DNA of 64,000 nucleotides, from positions 280,860,001 to 280,924,000 of the forward strand of contig OZ024743.1 of NCBI GenBank assembly GCA_964016885.1, in the 5' to 3' direction. A program made the translations under genes and the position numbers. The notes beneath the pieces were generated by a model, which did no database searches, was not told the origin of the DNA, and saw only the letters and a program-made list of their open reading frames with translations. Below are positions 42,701 through 57,700 of this stretch, one piece after another. How positions within the stretch are numbered: the first letter of the stretch is position 1; each line of letters opens with the position of its first letter. The stretch comes from Eledone cirrhosa (taxonomy: Eukaryota).

Positions 42701-45700
42701 GTGCTGTATATTACCGTGTACTCTAAAATATTCCGTACAGTAACACTGTTCAGTCTATACTATGCCGTGCTGTATATTACAATGTGTACTCTAAAATATA
42801 CCGTACAGTAACACTGTTTAGTCTACACTATGCCCTACTGTATATTACTGTGTACTCTAAAATATACCGTACAGTAACACTGTTTAGTCTATACTATGCC
42901 GTGCTGTATATTACTGTGTACTCTAAAATATACCGTACAGTAACACGGTTTAGTCTACACTATACTGTGCTGTATATTACTGTGTACTCTAAAATATACC
43001 ATACAGTAACACTGTTTAGTCTATACTATGCCGTGCTGTATAATACTGTGTACTCTAAAATATACCGTACAGTAACACTGTCTAGTCTACACAATGCCGT
43101 GCTGTATATTACTGTGTAGTCTAAAATATACCGTACAGTAACACTGTTTAGTATACACTATGCCGTGCTGTATATTACTGTGTACTCTAAAATATACCGT
43201 ACGGTAACACTGTTTAGTCTACACTATGCTGTGCTGTATATTACTGTGTACTCTAAAATATACCGTACAGTAACACTGTTCAGTCTATACTATGCCGTGC
43301 TGTATATTACTGTGTACTCTAAAATATACCATACAGTAACACTGTTTAGTCTATACTATGCCGTGCTGTATAATACTGTGTACTCTAAAATATACCGTAC
43401 AGTAACACTGTTTAGTCTATACTATGCCGTGCTGTATATTACTGTGTACTCTAAAATATACCGTACAGTAACACTGTTTAGTCTACACTATACTGTGCTG
43501 TATATTACTGTGTACTCTAAAATATACTGTGCAATAACACTGTTTAGTCTATACTATGCCGTGCCGTATATTACTGTGTACTCTAAAATATACCGTACAG
43601 TAACACTGTTTAGTCTACACTATGCCGTGCTGTATATTACTGTGTACTCTAAAATATACCGTACATTAACACTGTTTAGTTTACACTATGCTGTGCTGTA
43701 TGTTACTGTGTACTCTAAAATATTCCGTACAGTAACACTGTTCAGTCTATACTATGCCGTGCTGTATATTACTGTGTACTCTAAAATATACCGTACAGTA
43801 ACACTGTTTAGTCTACACTATGCTGTGCTGAATATTACTTTGTACTCTAAAATATGCCGTACAGTAACACTGTTTAGTCTACACTATGCCGTGCTGTATA
43901 TTACTGTGTACTCTAAAATATACCGTACAGTAACATTGTTTAGTCTACACTATGCCGTGCTGTATATTATTGTGTACTCTAAAATATACCGTACAGTAAC
44001 ACTGTTTAGTCTACACTATGCCGTGCTGTATATTACTGTGTACTCTAAAATATACCGTACAGTAACACTGTTTAGTCTATACTATGCCGTACTGTATATT
44101 ACTGTGTACTCTAAAATATACCGTACAGTAACACGGTTTAGTCTACACTATACTGTGCTGTATATTACTGTGTACTCTAAAATATATCGTACATTAACAC
44201 CGTTTAGTCTATACTATGCCGTGCTGTATATTACTCTGTACTCTAAAATATACCGTACAGTAACACTGTTTAGTCTACACTATGCCGTGCTGTATATTAC
44301 TGCGTACTCTAAAATATACCGTACAGTAACACTGTTTAGTCTATACTATGCCGTGCTGTATATAACTGTGTACTCTAAAATATGCCGTAAAGTAACACTG
44401 TTTAGTCTACACTATGCCGTGCTGTATATTACTGTGAACTCTAAAATACACCGTATAGTTACACCGTACATTTACACTGTTTAGTCTACACTATGCCGTG
44501 CTGTATATTACTGTGAACTCTAAAATATACCGTACAGTAACACTGTTTAGTCTACACTATGCCGTGCTGTATATTACTGTGTACACTAAAATATACCGTA
44601 CATTAACACTGTTTAGTTTACACTATGCTGTGCTGTATATTACCGTGTACTCTAAAATATTCCGTACAGTAACACTGTTCAGTCTATACTATGCCGTGCT
44701 GTATATTACAATGTGTACTCTAAAATATACCGTACAGTAACACTGTTTAGTCTACACTATGCCCTACTGTATATTACTGTGTACTCTAAAACATACCGTA
44801 CAGTAACACTGTTTAGTCTATACTATGCCGTGCTGTATATTACTGTGTACTCTAAAATATACCGTAAAGTAACACTGTTTAGTCTACACTATGCCGTGCT
44901 GTATATTACTGTGAACTCTAAAATACACCGTATAGTTACACCGTACATTTACACTGTTTAGTCTACACTATGCCGTGCTGTATATTACTGTGAACTCTAA
45001 AATATACCGTACAGTAACACTGTTTAGTCTACACTATGCCGTGCTGTATATTACTGTGTACACTAAAATATACCGTACATTAACACTGTTTAGTTTACAC
45101 TATGCTGTGCTGTATATTACCGTGTACTCTAAAATATTCCGTACAGTAACACTGTTCAGTCTATACTATGCCGTGCTGTATATTACAATGTGTACTCTAA
45201 AATATACCGTACAGTAACACTGTTTAGTCTACACTATGCCCTACTGTATATTACTGTGTACTCTAAAACATACCGTACAGTAACACTGTTTAGTCTATAC
45301 TATGCCGTGCTGTATATTACTGTGTACTCTAAAATATACCGTAAAGTAACACTGTTTAGTCTACACTATGCCGTGCTGTATATTACTGTGAACTCTAAAA
45401 TACACCGTATAGTTACACCGTACATTTACACTGTTTAGTCTACACTATGCCGTGCTGTATATTACTGTGAACTCTAAAATATACCGTACAGTAACACTGT
45501 TTAGTCTACACTATGCCGTGCTGTATATTACTGTGTACACTAAAATATACCGTACATTAACACTGTTTAGTTTACACTATGCTGTGCTGTATATTACCGT
45601 GTACTCTAAAATATTCCGTACAGTAACACTGTTCAGTCTATACTATGCCGTGCTGTATATTACAATGTGTACTCTAAAATATACCGTACAGTAACACTGT

Positions 45701-48700
45701 TTAGTCTACACTATGTTGTGCTGTATATTACTGTGTATTCTAAAATATACCGTACAGTAACACTGTTTAGTCTACACTATGCTGTGCTGTATATTACTGT
45801 GTACTCTAAAATATACCGTACAGTAACACTGTTTAGTCTACACTATGCCATGCTGTATATTACTGTGTACTCTAAAATACACCGTACAGTTACACCGTAC
45901 AGTTACACTGTTTAGTTTATACTATGCCGTGCTGTATATTACTGTGTACTCTAAAATATACCGTACAGTAACACTGTTTAGTCTATACAATGCCGTGCTG
46001 TATATTACTGTGTACTATAAAATATACCGTACAGTAACACTGTCTAGTCTACACAATGCCGTGCTGTATATTACTGTGTAGTCTAAAATATACCGTACAG
46101 TAACACTGTTTAGTATACACTATGCCGTGCTGTATATTACTGTGTACTCTAAAATATACCGTACGGTAACACTGTTTAGTCTACACTATGCTGTGCTGTA
46201 TATTACTGTGTACTCTAAAATATACCGTACAGTAACACTGTTCAGTCTATACTATGCCGTGCTGTATATTACTGTGTACTCTAAAATATACCATACAGTA
46301 ACACTGTTTAGACTATACTATGCCGTGCTGTATAATACTGTGTACTCTAAAATATACCGTACAGTAACACTGTTTAGTCTATACTATGCCGTGCTGTATA
46401 TTACTGTGTACCCTAAAATATACCGTACAGTAACACTGTTTAGTCTACACTATACTGTGCTGTATATTACTGTGTACTCTAAAATATACTGTGCAATAAC
46501 ACTGTTTAGTCTATACTATGCCGTGCCGTATATTACTGTGTACTCTAAAATATACCGTACAGTAACACTGTTTAGTCTACACTATGCCGTGCTGTATATT
46601 ACTGTGTACTCTAAAATATACCGTACATTAACACTGTTTAGTTTACACTATGCTGTGCTGTATGTTACTGTGTACTCTAAAATATTCCGTACAGTAACAC
46701 TGTTCAGTCTATACTATGCCGTGCTGTATATTACTGTGTACTCTAAAATATACCGTACAGTAACACTGTTTAGTCTACACTATGCTGTGCTGAATATTAC
46801 TCTTGTACTCTAAAATATACCGTACAGTAACACTGTTTAGTCTACACTATGCCGTGCTGTATATTACTGTGTACTCTAAAATATACCGTACAGTAACATT
46901 GTTTAGTCTACACTATGCCGTGCTGTATATTATTGTGTACTCTAAAATATACCGTACAGTAACACTGTTTAGTCTACACTATGCCGTGCTGTATATTACT
47001 GTGTACTCTAAAATATACCGTACAGTAACACTGTTTAGTCTATACTATGCCGTACTGTATATTACTGTGTACTCTAAAATATTCCGTACAGTAACACGGT
47101 TTAGTCTACACTATACTGTGCTGTATATTACTGTGTACTCTAAAATATATCGTACATTAACACCGTTTAGTCTATACTATGCCGTGCTGTATATTACTCT
47201 GTACTCTAAAATATACCGTACAGTAACACTGTTTAGTCTACACTATGCCGTGCTGTATATTACTGCGTACTCTAAAATATACCGTACAGTAACACTGTTT
47301 AGTCTATACTATGCCGTGCTGTATATAACTGTGTACTCTAAAATATGCCGTAAAGTAACACTGTTTAGTCTACACTATGCCGTGCTGTATATTACTGTGA
47401 ACTCTAAAATACACCGTATAGTTACACCGTACATTTACACTGTTTAGTCTACACTATGCCGTGCTGTATATTACTGTGAACTCTAAAATATACCGTACAG
47501 TAAGACTGTTTAGTCTACACTATGCCGTGCTGTATATTACTGTGTACACTAAAATATACCGTACATTAACACTGTTTAGTTTACACTATGCTGTGCTGTA
47601 TATTACCGTGTACTCTAAAATATTCCGTACAGTAACACTGTTCAGTCTATACTATGCCGTGCTGTATATTACAATGTGTACTCTAAAATATACCGTACAG
47701 TAACACTGTTTAGTCTACACTATGCCCTACTGTATATTACTGTGTACTCTAAAATATACCGTACAGTAACACTGTTTAGTCTATACTATGCCGTGCTGTA
47801 TATTACTGTGTACTCTAAAATATACCGTACAGTAACACGGTTTAGTCTACACTATACTGTGCTGTATATTACTGTGTACTCTAAAATATACCATACAGTA
47901 ACACTGTTTAGTCTATACTATGCCGTGCTGTATAATACTGTGTACTCTAAAATATACCGTACAGTAACACTGTCTAGTCTACACAATGCCGTGCTGTATA
48001 TTACTGTGTAGTCTAAAATATACCGTACAGTAACACTGTTTAGTATACACTATGCCGTGCTGTATATTACTGTGTACTCTAAAATATACCGTACGGTAAC
48101 ACTGTTTAGTCTACACTATGCTGTGCTGTATATTACTGTGTACTCTAAAATATACCGTACAGTAACACTGTTCAGTCTATACTATGCCGTGCTGTATATT
48201 ACTGTGTACTCTAAAATATACCATACAGTAACACTGTTTAGTCTATACTATGCCGTGCTGTATAATACTGTGTACTCTAAAATATACCGTACAGTAACAC
48301 TGTTTAGTCTATACTATGCCGTGCTGTATATTACTGTGTACTCTAAAATATACCGTACAGTAACACTGTTTAGTCTACACTATACTGTGCTGTATATTAC
48401 TGTGTACTCTAAAATATACTGTGCAATAACACTGTTTAGTCTATACTATGCCGTGCCGTATATTACTGTGTACTCTAAAATATACCGTACAGTAACACTG
48501 TTTAGTCTACACTATGCCGTGCTGTATATTACTGTGTACTCTAAAATATACCGTACATTAACACTGTTTAGTTTACACTATGCTGTGCTGTATGTTACTG
48601 TGTACTCTAAAATATTCCGTACAGTAACACTGTTCAGTCTATACTATGCCGTGCTGTATATTACTGTGTACTCTAAAATATACCGTACAGTAACACTGTT

Positions 48701-51700
48701 TAGTCTACACTATGCTGTGCTGAATATTACTTTGTACTCTAAAATATGCCGTACAGTAACACTGTTTAGTCTACACTATGCCGTGCTGTATATTACTGTG
48801 TACTCTAAAATATACCGTACAGTAACATTGTTTAGTCTACACTATGCCGTGCTGTATATTATTGTGTACTCTAAAATATACCGTACAGTAACACTGTTTA
48901 GTCTACACTATGCCGTGCTGTATATTACTGTGTACTCTAAAATATACCGTACAGTAACACTGTTTAGTCTATACTATGCCGTACTGTATATTACTGTGTA
49001 CTCTAAAATATACCGTACAGTAACACGGTTTAGTCTACACTATACTGTGCTGTATATTACTGTGTACTCTAAAATATATCGTACATTAACACCGTTTAGT
49101 CTATACTATGCCGTGCTGTATATTACTCTGTACTCTAAAATATACCGTACAGTAACACTGTTTAGTCTACACTATGCCGTGCTGTATATTACTGCGTACT
49201 CTAAAATATACCGTACAGTAACACTGTTTAGTCTATACTATGCCGTGCTGTATATAACTGTGTACTCTAAAATATGCCGTAAAGTAACACTGTTTAGTCT
49301 ACACTATGCCGTGCTGTATATTACTGTGAACTCTAAAATACACCGTATAGTTACACCGTACATTTACACTGTTTAGTCTACACTATGCCGTGCTGTATAT
49401 TACTGTGAACTCTAAAATATACCGTACAGTAACACTGTTTAGTCTACACTATGCCGTGCTGTATATTACTGTGTACACTAAAATATACCGTACATTAACA
49501 CTGTTTAGTTTACACTATGCTGTGCTGTATATTACCGTGTACTCTAAAATATTCCGTACAGTAACACTGTTCAGTCTATACTATGCCGTGCTGTATATTA
49601 CAATGTGTACTCTAAAATATACCGTACAGTAACACTGTTTAGTCTACACTATGCCCTACTGTATATTACTGTGTACTCTAAAACATACCGTACAGTAACA
49701 CTGTTTAGTCTATACTATGCCGTGCTGTATATTACTGTGTACTCTAAAATATACCGTAAAGTAACACTGTTTAGTCTACACTATGCCGTGCTGTATATTA
49801 CTGTGAACTCTAAAATACACCGTATAGTTACACCGTACATTTACACTGTTTAGTCTACACTATGCCGTGCTGTATATTACTGTGAACTCTAAAATATACC
49901 GTACAGTAACACTGTTTAGTCTACACTATGCCGTGCTGTATATTACTGTGTACACTAAAATATACCGTACATTAACACTGTTTAGTTTACACTATGCTGT
50001 GCTGTATATTACCGTGTACTCTAAAATATTCCGTACAGTAACACTGTTCAGTCTATACTATGCCGTGCTGTATATTACAATGTGTACTCTAAAATATACC
50101 GTACAGTAACACTGTTTAGTCTACACTATGCCCTACTGTATATTACTGTGTACTCTAAAATATACCGTACAGTAACACTGTTTAGTCTACACTATGCCGT
50201 GCTGTATATTACTGTGTACTCTAAAATATACCGTACAGTAACACTGTTTAGTCTACACTATGCCGTGCTGTATATTACTGTGTACTCTAAAATATACCGT
50301 ACAGTAACACTGTTTAGTCTACACTATGCCGTGCTGTATATTATTGTGTACTCTAAAATATACCGTACAGTAACACTGCTTAGTCTACACTATGCCGTGC
50401 TGTATATTACTGTGTACTCTAAAATATACCGTACAGTAACACTGTTTAGTCTATACTATGCCGTGCTGTATATTACTGTGTACTCTAAAATATACCGTAC
50501 AATAACACTGTTTAGTCTACACTATACTGTGCTGTATATTACTGTGTACTCTAAAATATACCGTACAGTAACACTGTTTAGTCTACACTATGCCGTGCTG
50601 TATATTACTGTGTACTCTAAAATATACCGTACAGTAACACTGTTTAGTCTACACTATGCTGTGCTGTATATTACTGTGTACTCTAAAATATACCGTACAG
50701 TAACACTGTTCAGTCTATACTATGCCGTGCTGTATATTACTGTGTACTCTAATATATACCGTACAGTAACACTGTTTAGTCTATACTATGCCATGCTGTA
50801 TATTACTGTGTACTCTAAAATATACCGTACAGTAACAATGTTTAGTCTACACTATACTGTGCTGTATATTACTGTGTACTCTAACATATACTGTACGGTA
50901 ACACTGTTTAGTCTATACTATGCCGTGCTGTATATTACTGTGTACCCTAAAATATACCGTACAGTAACCCTGTTTAGTCTACACTATGCCGTGCTGTATA
51001 TTACTGTGTACTCTAAAATATACCGTACAGTAACACTGTTTAGTCTACACTATGTTGTACTGTATATTACTGTGTATTCTAAAATATACCGTACAGTAAC
51101 ACTGTTTAGTCTACACTATGCTGTGCTGTATATTACTGTGTACTCTAAAATATACCGTACAGTAACACTGTTTAGTCTACACTATGCCATGCTGTATATT
51201 ACTGTGTACTCTAAAATACACCGTACAGTTACACCGTACAGTTACACTGTTTAGTTTATACTATGCCGTGCTGTATATTACTGTGTACTCTAAAATATAC
51301 CGTACAGTAACACTGTTTAGTCTATACAATGCCGTGCTGTATATTACTGTGTACTATAAAATATACCGTACAGTAACACTGTCTAGTCTACACAATGCCG
51401 TGCTGTATATTACTGTGTAGTCTAAAATATACCGTACAGTAACACTGTTTAGTATACACTATGCCGTGCTGTATATTACTGTGTACTCTAAAATATACCG
51501 TACGGTAACACTGTTTAGTCTACACTATGCTGTGCTGTATATTACTGTGTACTCTAAAATATACCGTACAGTAACACTGTTCAGTCTATACTATGCCGTG
51601 CTGTATATTACTGTGTACTCTAAAATATACCATACAGTAACACTGTTTAGTCTATACTATGCCGTGCTGTATAATACTGTGTACTCTAAAATATACCGTA

Positions 51701-54700
51701 CAGTAACACTGTTTAGTCTATACTATGCCGTGCTGTATATTACTGTGTACTCTAAAATATACCGTACAGTAACACTGTTTAGTCTACACTATACTGTGCT
51801 GTATATTACTGTGTACTCTAAAATATACTGTGCAATAACACTGTTTAGTGTATACTATGCCGTGCCGTATATTACTGTGTACTCTAAAATATACCGTACA
51901 GTAACACTGTTTAGTCTACACTATGCCGTGCTGTATATTACTGTGTACTCTAAAATATACCGTACATTAACACTGTTTAGTTTACACTATGCTGTGCTGT
52001 ATGTTACTGTGTACTCTAAAATATTCCGTACAGTAACACTGTTCAGTCTATACTATGCCGTGCTGTATATTACTGTGTACTCTAAAATATACCGTACAGT
52101 AACACTGTTTAGTCTACACTATGCTGTGCTGAATATTACTTTGTACTCTAAAATATACCGTACAGTAACACTGTTTAGTCTACACTATGCCGTGCTGTAT
52201 ATTACTGTGTACTCTAAAATATACCGTACAGTAACATTGTTTAGTCTACACTATGCCGTGCTGTATATTATTGTGTACTCTAAAATATACCGTACAGTAA
52301 CACTGTTTAGTCTACACTATGTCGTGCTGTATATTACTGTGTACTCTAAAATATACCGTACAGTAACACTGTTTAGTCTATACTATGCCGTGCTGTATAT
52401 TACTGTGTACTCTAAAATATACCGTACAGTAACACGGTTTAGTCTACACTATACTGTGCTGTATATTACTGTGTACTCTAAAATATATCGTACATTAACA
52501 CCGTTTAGTCTATACTATGCCGTGCTGTATATTACTCTGTACTCTAAAATATACCGTACAGTAACACTGTTTAGTCTACACTATGCCGTGCTGTATATTA
52601 CTGCGTACTCTAAAATATACCGTACAGTAACACTGTTTAGTCTATACTATGCCGTGCTGTATATAACTGTGTACTCTAAAATATGCCGTAAAGTAACACT
52701 GTTTAGTCTACACTATGCCGTGCTGTATATTACTTTGAACTCTAAAATACACCGTATAGTTACACCGTACATTTACACTGTTTAGTCTACACTATGCCGT
52801 GCTGTATATTACTGTGAACTCTAAAATATACCGTACAGTAACACTGTTTAGTCTACACTATGCCGTGCTGTATATTACTGTGTACACTAAAATATACCGT
52901 ACATTAACACTGTTTAGTTTACACTATGCTGTGGTGTATATTACCGTGTACTCTAAAATATTCCGTACAGTAACACTGTTCAGTCTATACTATGCCGTGC
53001 TGTATATTACAATGTGTACTCTAAAATATACCGTACAGTAACACTGTTTAGTCTACACTATGCCCTACTGTATATTACTGTGTACTCTAAAATATACCGT
53101 ACAGTAACACTGTTTAGTCTATACTATGCCGTGCTGTATATTACTGTGTACTCTAAAATATACCGTACAGTAACACGGTTTAGTCTACACTATACTGTGC
53201 TGTATATTACTGTGTACTCTAAAATATATCGTACATTAACACCGTTTAGTCTATACTATGCCGTGCTGTATATTACTCTGTACTCTAAAATATACCGTAC
53301 AGTAACACTGTTTAGTCTACACTATGCCGTGCTGTATATTACTGCGTACTCTAAAATATACCGTACAGTAACACTGTTCAGTCTATACTATGCCGTGCTG
53401 TATATTACTGTGTACTCTAATATATACCGTACAGTAACACTGTTTAGTCTATACTATGCCATGCTGTATATTACTGTGTACTCTAAAATATACCGTACAG
53501 TAACAATGTTTAGTCTACACTATACTGTGCTGTATATTACTGTGTACTCTAACATATACTGTACGGTAACACTGTTTAGTCTATACTATGCCGTGCTGTA
53601 TATTACTGTGTACCCTAAAATATACCGTACAGTAACCCTGTTTAGTCTACACTATGCCGTGCTGTATATTACTGTGTACTCTAAAATATACCGTACAGTA
53701 ACACTGTTTAGTCTACACTATGTTGTACTGTATATTACTGTGTATTCTAAAATATACCGTACAGTAACACTGTTTAGTCTACACTATGCTGTGCTGTATA
53801 TTACTGTGTACTCTAAAATATACCGTACAGTAACACTGTTTAGTCTACACTATGCCATGCTGTATATTACTGTGTACTCTAAAATACACCGTACAGTTAC
53901 ACCGTACAGTTACACTGTTTAGTTTATACTATGCCGTGCTGTATATTACTGTGTACTCTAAAATATACCGTACAGTAACACTGTTTAGTCTATACAATGC
54001 CGTGCTGTATATTACTGTGTACTATAAAATATACCGTACAGTAACACTGTCTAGTCTACACAATGCCGTGCTGTATATTACTGTGTAGTCTAAAATATAC
54101 CGTACAGTAACACTGTTTAGTATACACTATGCCGTGCTGTATATTACTGTGTACTCTAAAATATACCGTACGGTAACACTGTTTAGTCTACACTATGCTG
54201 TGCTGTATATTACTGTGTACTCTAAAATATACCGTACAGTAACACTGTTCAGTCTATACTATGCCGTGCTGTATATTACTGTGTACTCTAAAATATACCA
54301 TACAGTAACACTGTTTAGTCTATACTATGCCGTGCTGTATAATACTGTGTACTCTAAAATATACCGTACAGTAACACTGTTTAGTCTATACTATGCCGTG
54401 CTGTATATTACTGTGTACTCTAAAATATACCGTACAGTAACACTGTTTAGTCTACACTATACTGTGCTGTATATTACTGTGTACTCTAAAATATACTGTG
54501 CAATAACACTGTTTAGTGTATACTATGCCGTGCCGTATATTACTGTGTACTCTAAAATATACCGTACAGTAACACTGTTTAGTCTACACTATGCCGTGCT
54601 GTATATTACTGTGTACTCTAAAATATACCGTACATTAACACTGTTTAGTTTACACTATGCTGTGCTGTATGTTACTGTGTACTCTAAAATATTCCGTACA

Positions 54701-57700
54701 GTAACACTGTTCAGTCTATACTATGCCGTGCTGTATATTACTGTGTACTCTAAAATATACCGTACAGTAACACTGTTTAGTCTACACTATGCTGTGCTGA
54801 ATATTACTTTGTACTCTAAAATATACCGTACAGTAACACTGTTTAGTCTACACTATGCCGTGCTGTATATTACTGTGTACTCTAAAATATACCGTACAGT
54901 AACATTGTTTAGTCTACACTATGCCGTGCTGTATATTATTGTGTACTCTAAAATATACCGTACAGTAACACTGTTTAGTCTACACTATGTCGTGCTGTAT
55001 ATTACTGTGTACTCTAAAATATACCGTACAGTAACACTGTTTAGTCTATACTATGCCGTGCTGTATATTACTGTGTACTCTAAAATATACCGTACAGTAA
55101 CACGGTTTAGTCTACACTATACTGTGCTGTATATTACTGTGTACTCTAAAATATATCGTACATTAACACCGTTTAGTCTATACTATGCCGTGCTGTATAT
55201 TACTCTGTACTCTAAAATATACCGTACAGTAACACTGTTTAGTCTACACTATGCCGTGCTGTATATTACTGCGTACTCTAAAATATACCGTACAGTAACA
55301 CTGTTTAGTCTATACTATGCCGTGCTGTATATAACTGTGTACTCTAAAATATGCCGTAAAGTAACACTGTTTAGTCTACACTATGCCGTGCTGTATATTA
55401 CTTTGAACTCTAAAATACACCGTATAGTTACACCGTACATTTACACTGTTTAGTCTACACTATGCCGTGCTGTATATTACTGTGAACTCTAAAATATACC
55501 GTACAGTAACACTGTTTAGTCTACACTATGCCGTGCTGTATATTACTGTGTACACTAAAATATACCGTACATTAACACTGTTTAGTTTACACTATGCTGT
55601 GGTGTATATTACCGTGTACTCTAAAATATTCCGTACAGTAACACTGTTCAGTCTATACTATGCCGTGCTGTATATTACAATGTGTACTCTAAAATATACC
55701 GTACAGTAACACTGTTTAGTCTACACTATGCCCTACTGTATATTACTGTGTACTCTAAAATATACCGTACAGTAACACTGTTTAGTCTATACTATGCCGT
55801 GCTGTATATTACTGTGTACTCTAAAATATACCGTACAGTAACACGGTTTAGTCTACACTATACTGTGCTGTATATTACTGTGTACTCTAAAATATATCGT
55901 ACATTAACACCGTTTAGTCTATACTATGCCGTGCTGTATATTACTCTGTACTCTAAAATATACCGTACAGTAACACTGTTTAGTCTACACTATGCCGTGC
56001 TGTATATTACTGCGTACTCTAAAATATACCGTACAGTAACACTGTTTAGTCTATACTATGCCGTGCTGTATATAACTGTGTACTCTAAAATATACCGTAA
56101 AGTAACACTGTTTAGTCTACACTATGCCGTGCTGTATATTACTGTGAACTCTAAAATACACCGTATAGTTACACCGTACATTTACACTGTTTAGTCTACA
56201 CTATGCCGTGCTGTATATTACTGTGAACTCTAAAATATACCGTACATTAACACTGTTTAGTTTACACTATGCTGTGCTGTATATTACCGTGTACTCTAAA
56301 ATATTCCGTACAGTAACACTGTTCAGTCTATACTATGCCGTGCTGTATATTACAATGTGTACTCTAAAATATACCGTACAGTAACACTGTTTAGTCTACA
56401 CTATGCCCTACTGTATATTACTGTGTACTCTAAAATATACCGTACAGTAACACTGTTTAGTCTACACTATGCCGTGCTGTATATTACTGTGTACTCTAAA
56501 ATATACCGTACAGTAACACTGTTTAGTCTACACTATGCCGTGCTGTATATTACTGTGAACTCTAAAATACACCGTATAGTTACACCGTACATTTACACTG
56601 TTTAGTCTACACTATGCCGTGCTGTATATTACTGTGAACTCTAAAATATACCGTACATTAACACTGTTTAGTTTACACTATGCTGTGCTGTATATTACCG
56701 TGTACTCTAAAATATTCCGTACAGTAACACTGTTCAGTCTATACTATGCCGTGCTGTATATTACAATGTGTACTCTAAAATATACCGTACAGTAACACTG
56801 TTTAGTCTACACTATGCCCTACTGTATATTACTGTGTACTCTAAAATATACCGTACAGTAACACTGTTTAGTCTACACTATGCCGTGCTGTATATTACTG
56901 TGTACTCTAAAATATACCGTACAGTAACACTGTTTAGTCTACACTATGCCGTGCTGTATATTACTGTGTACTCTAAAATATACCGTACAGTAACACTGTT
57001 TAGTCTACACTATGCCGTGCTGTATATTATTGTGTACTCTAAAATATACCGTACAGTAACACTGTTTAGTCTACACTATGCCGTGCTGTATATTACTGTG
57101 TACTCTAAAATATACCGTACAGTAACACTGTTTAGTCTATACTATGCCGTGCTGTATATTACTGTGTACTCTAAAATATACCGTACAATAACACTGTTTA
57201 GTCTACACTATACTGTGCTGTATATTACTGTGTACTCTAAAATATACCGTACAGTAACACTGTTTAGTCTACACTATGCCGTGCTGTATATTACTGTGTA
57301 CTCTAAAATATACCGTACAGTAACACTGTTTAGTCTACACTATGCTGTGCTGTATATTACTGTGTACTCTAAAATATACCGTACAGTAACACTGTTCAGT
57401 CTATACTATGCCGTGCTGTATATTACTGTGTACTCTAATATATACCGTACAGTAACACTGTTTAGTCTATACTATGCCATGCTGTATATTACTGTGAACT
57501 CTAAAATATACCGTACAGTAACAATGTTTAGTCTACACTATACTGTGCTGTATATTACTGTGTACTCTAACATATACTGTACGGTAACACTGTTTAGTCT
57601 ATACTATGCCGTGCTGTATATTACTGTGTACCCTAAAATATACCGTACAGTAACCCTGTTTAGTCTACACTATGCCGTGCTGTATATTACTGTGTACTCT

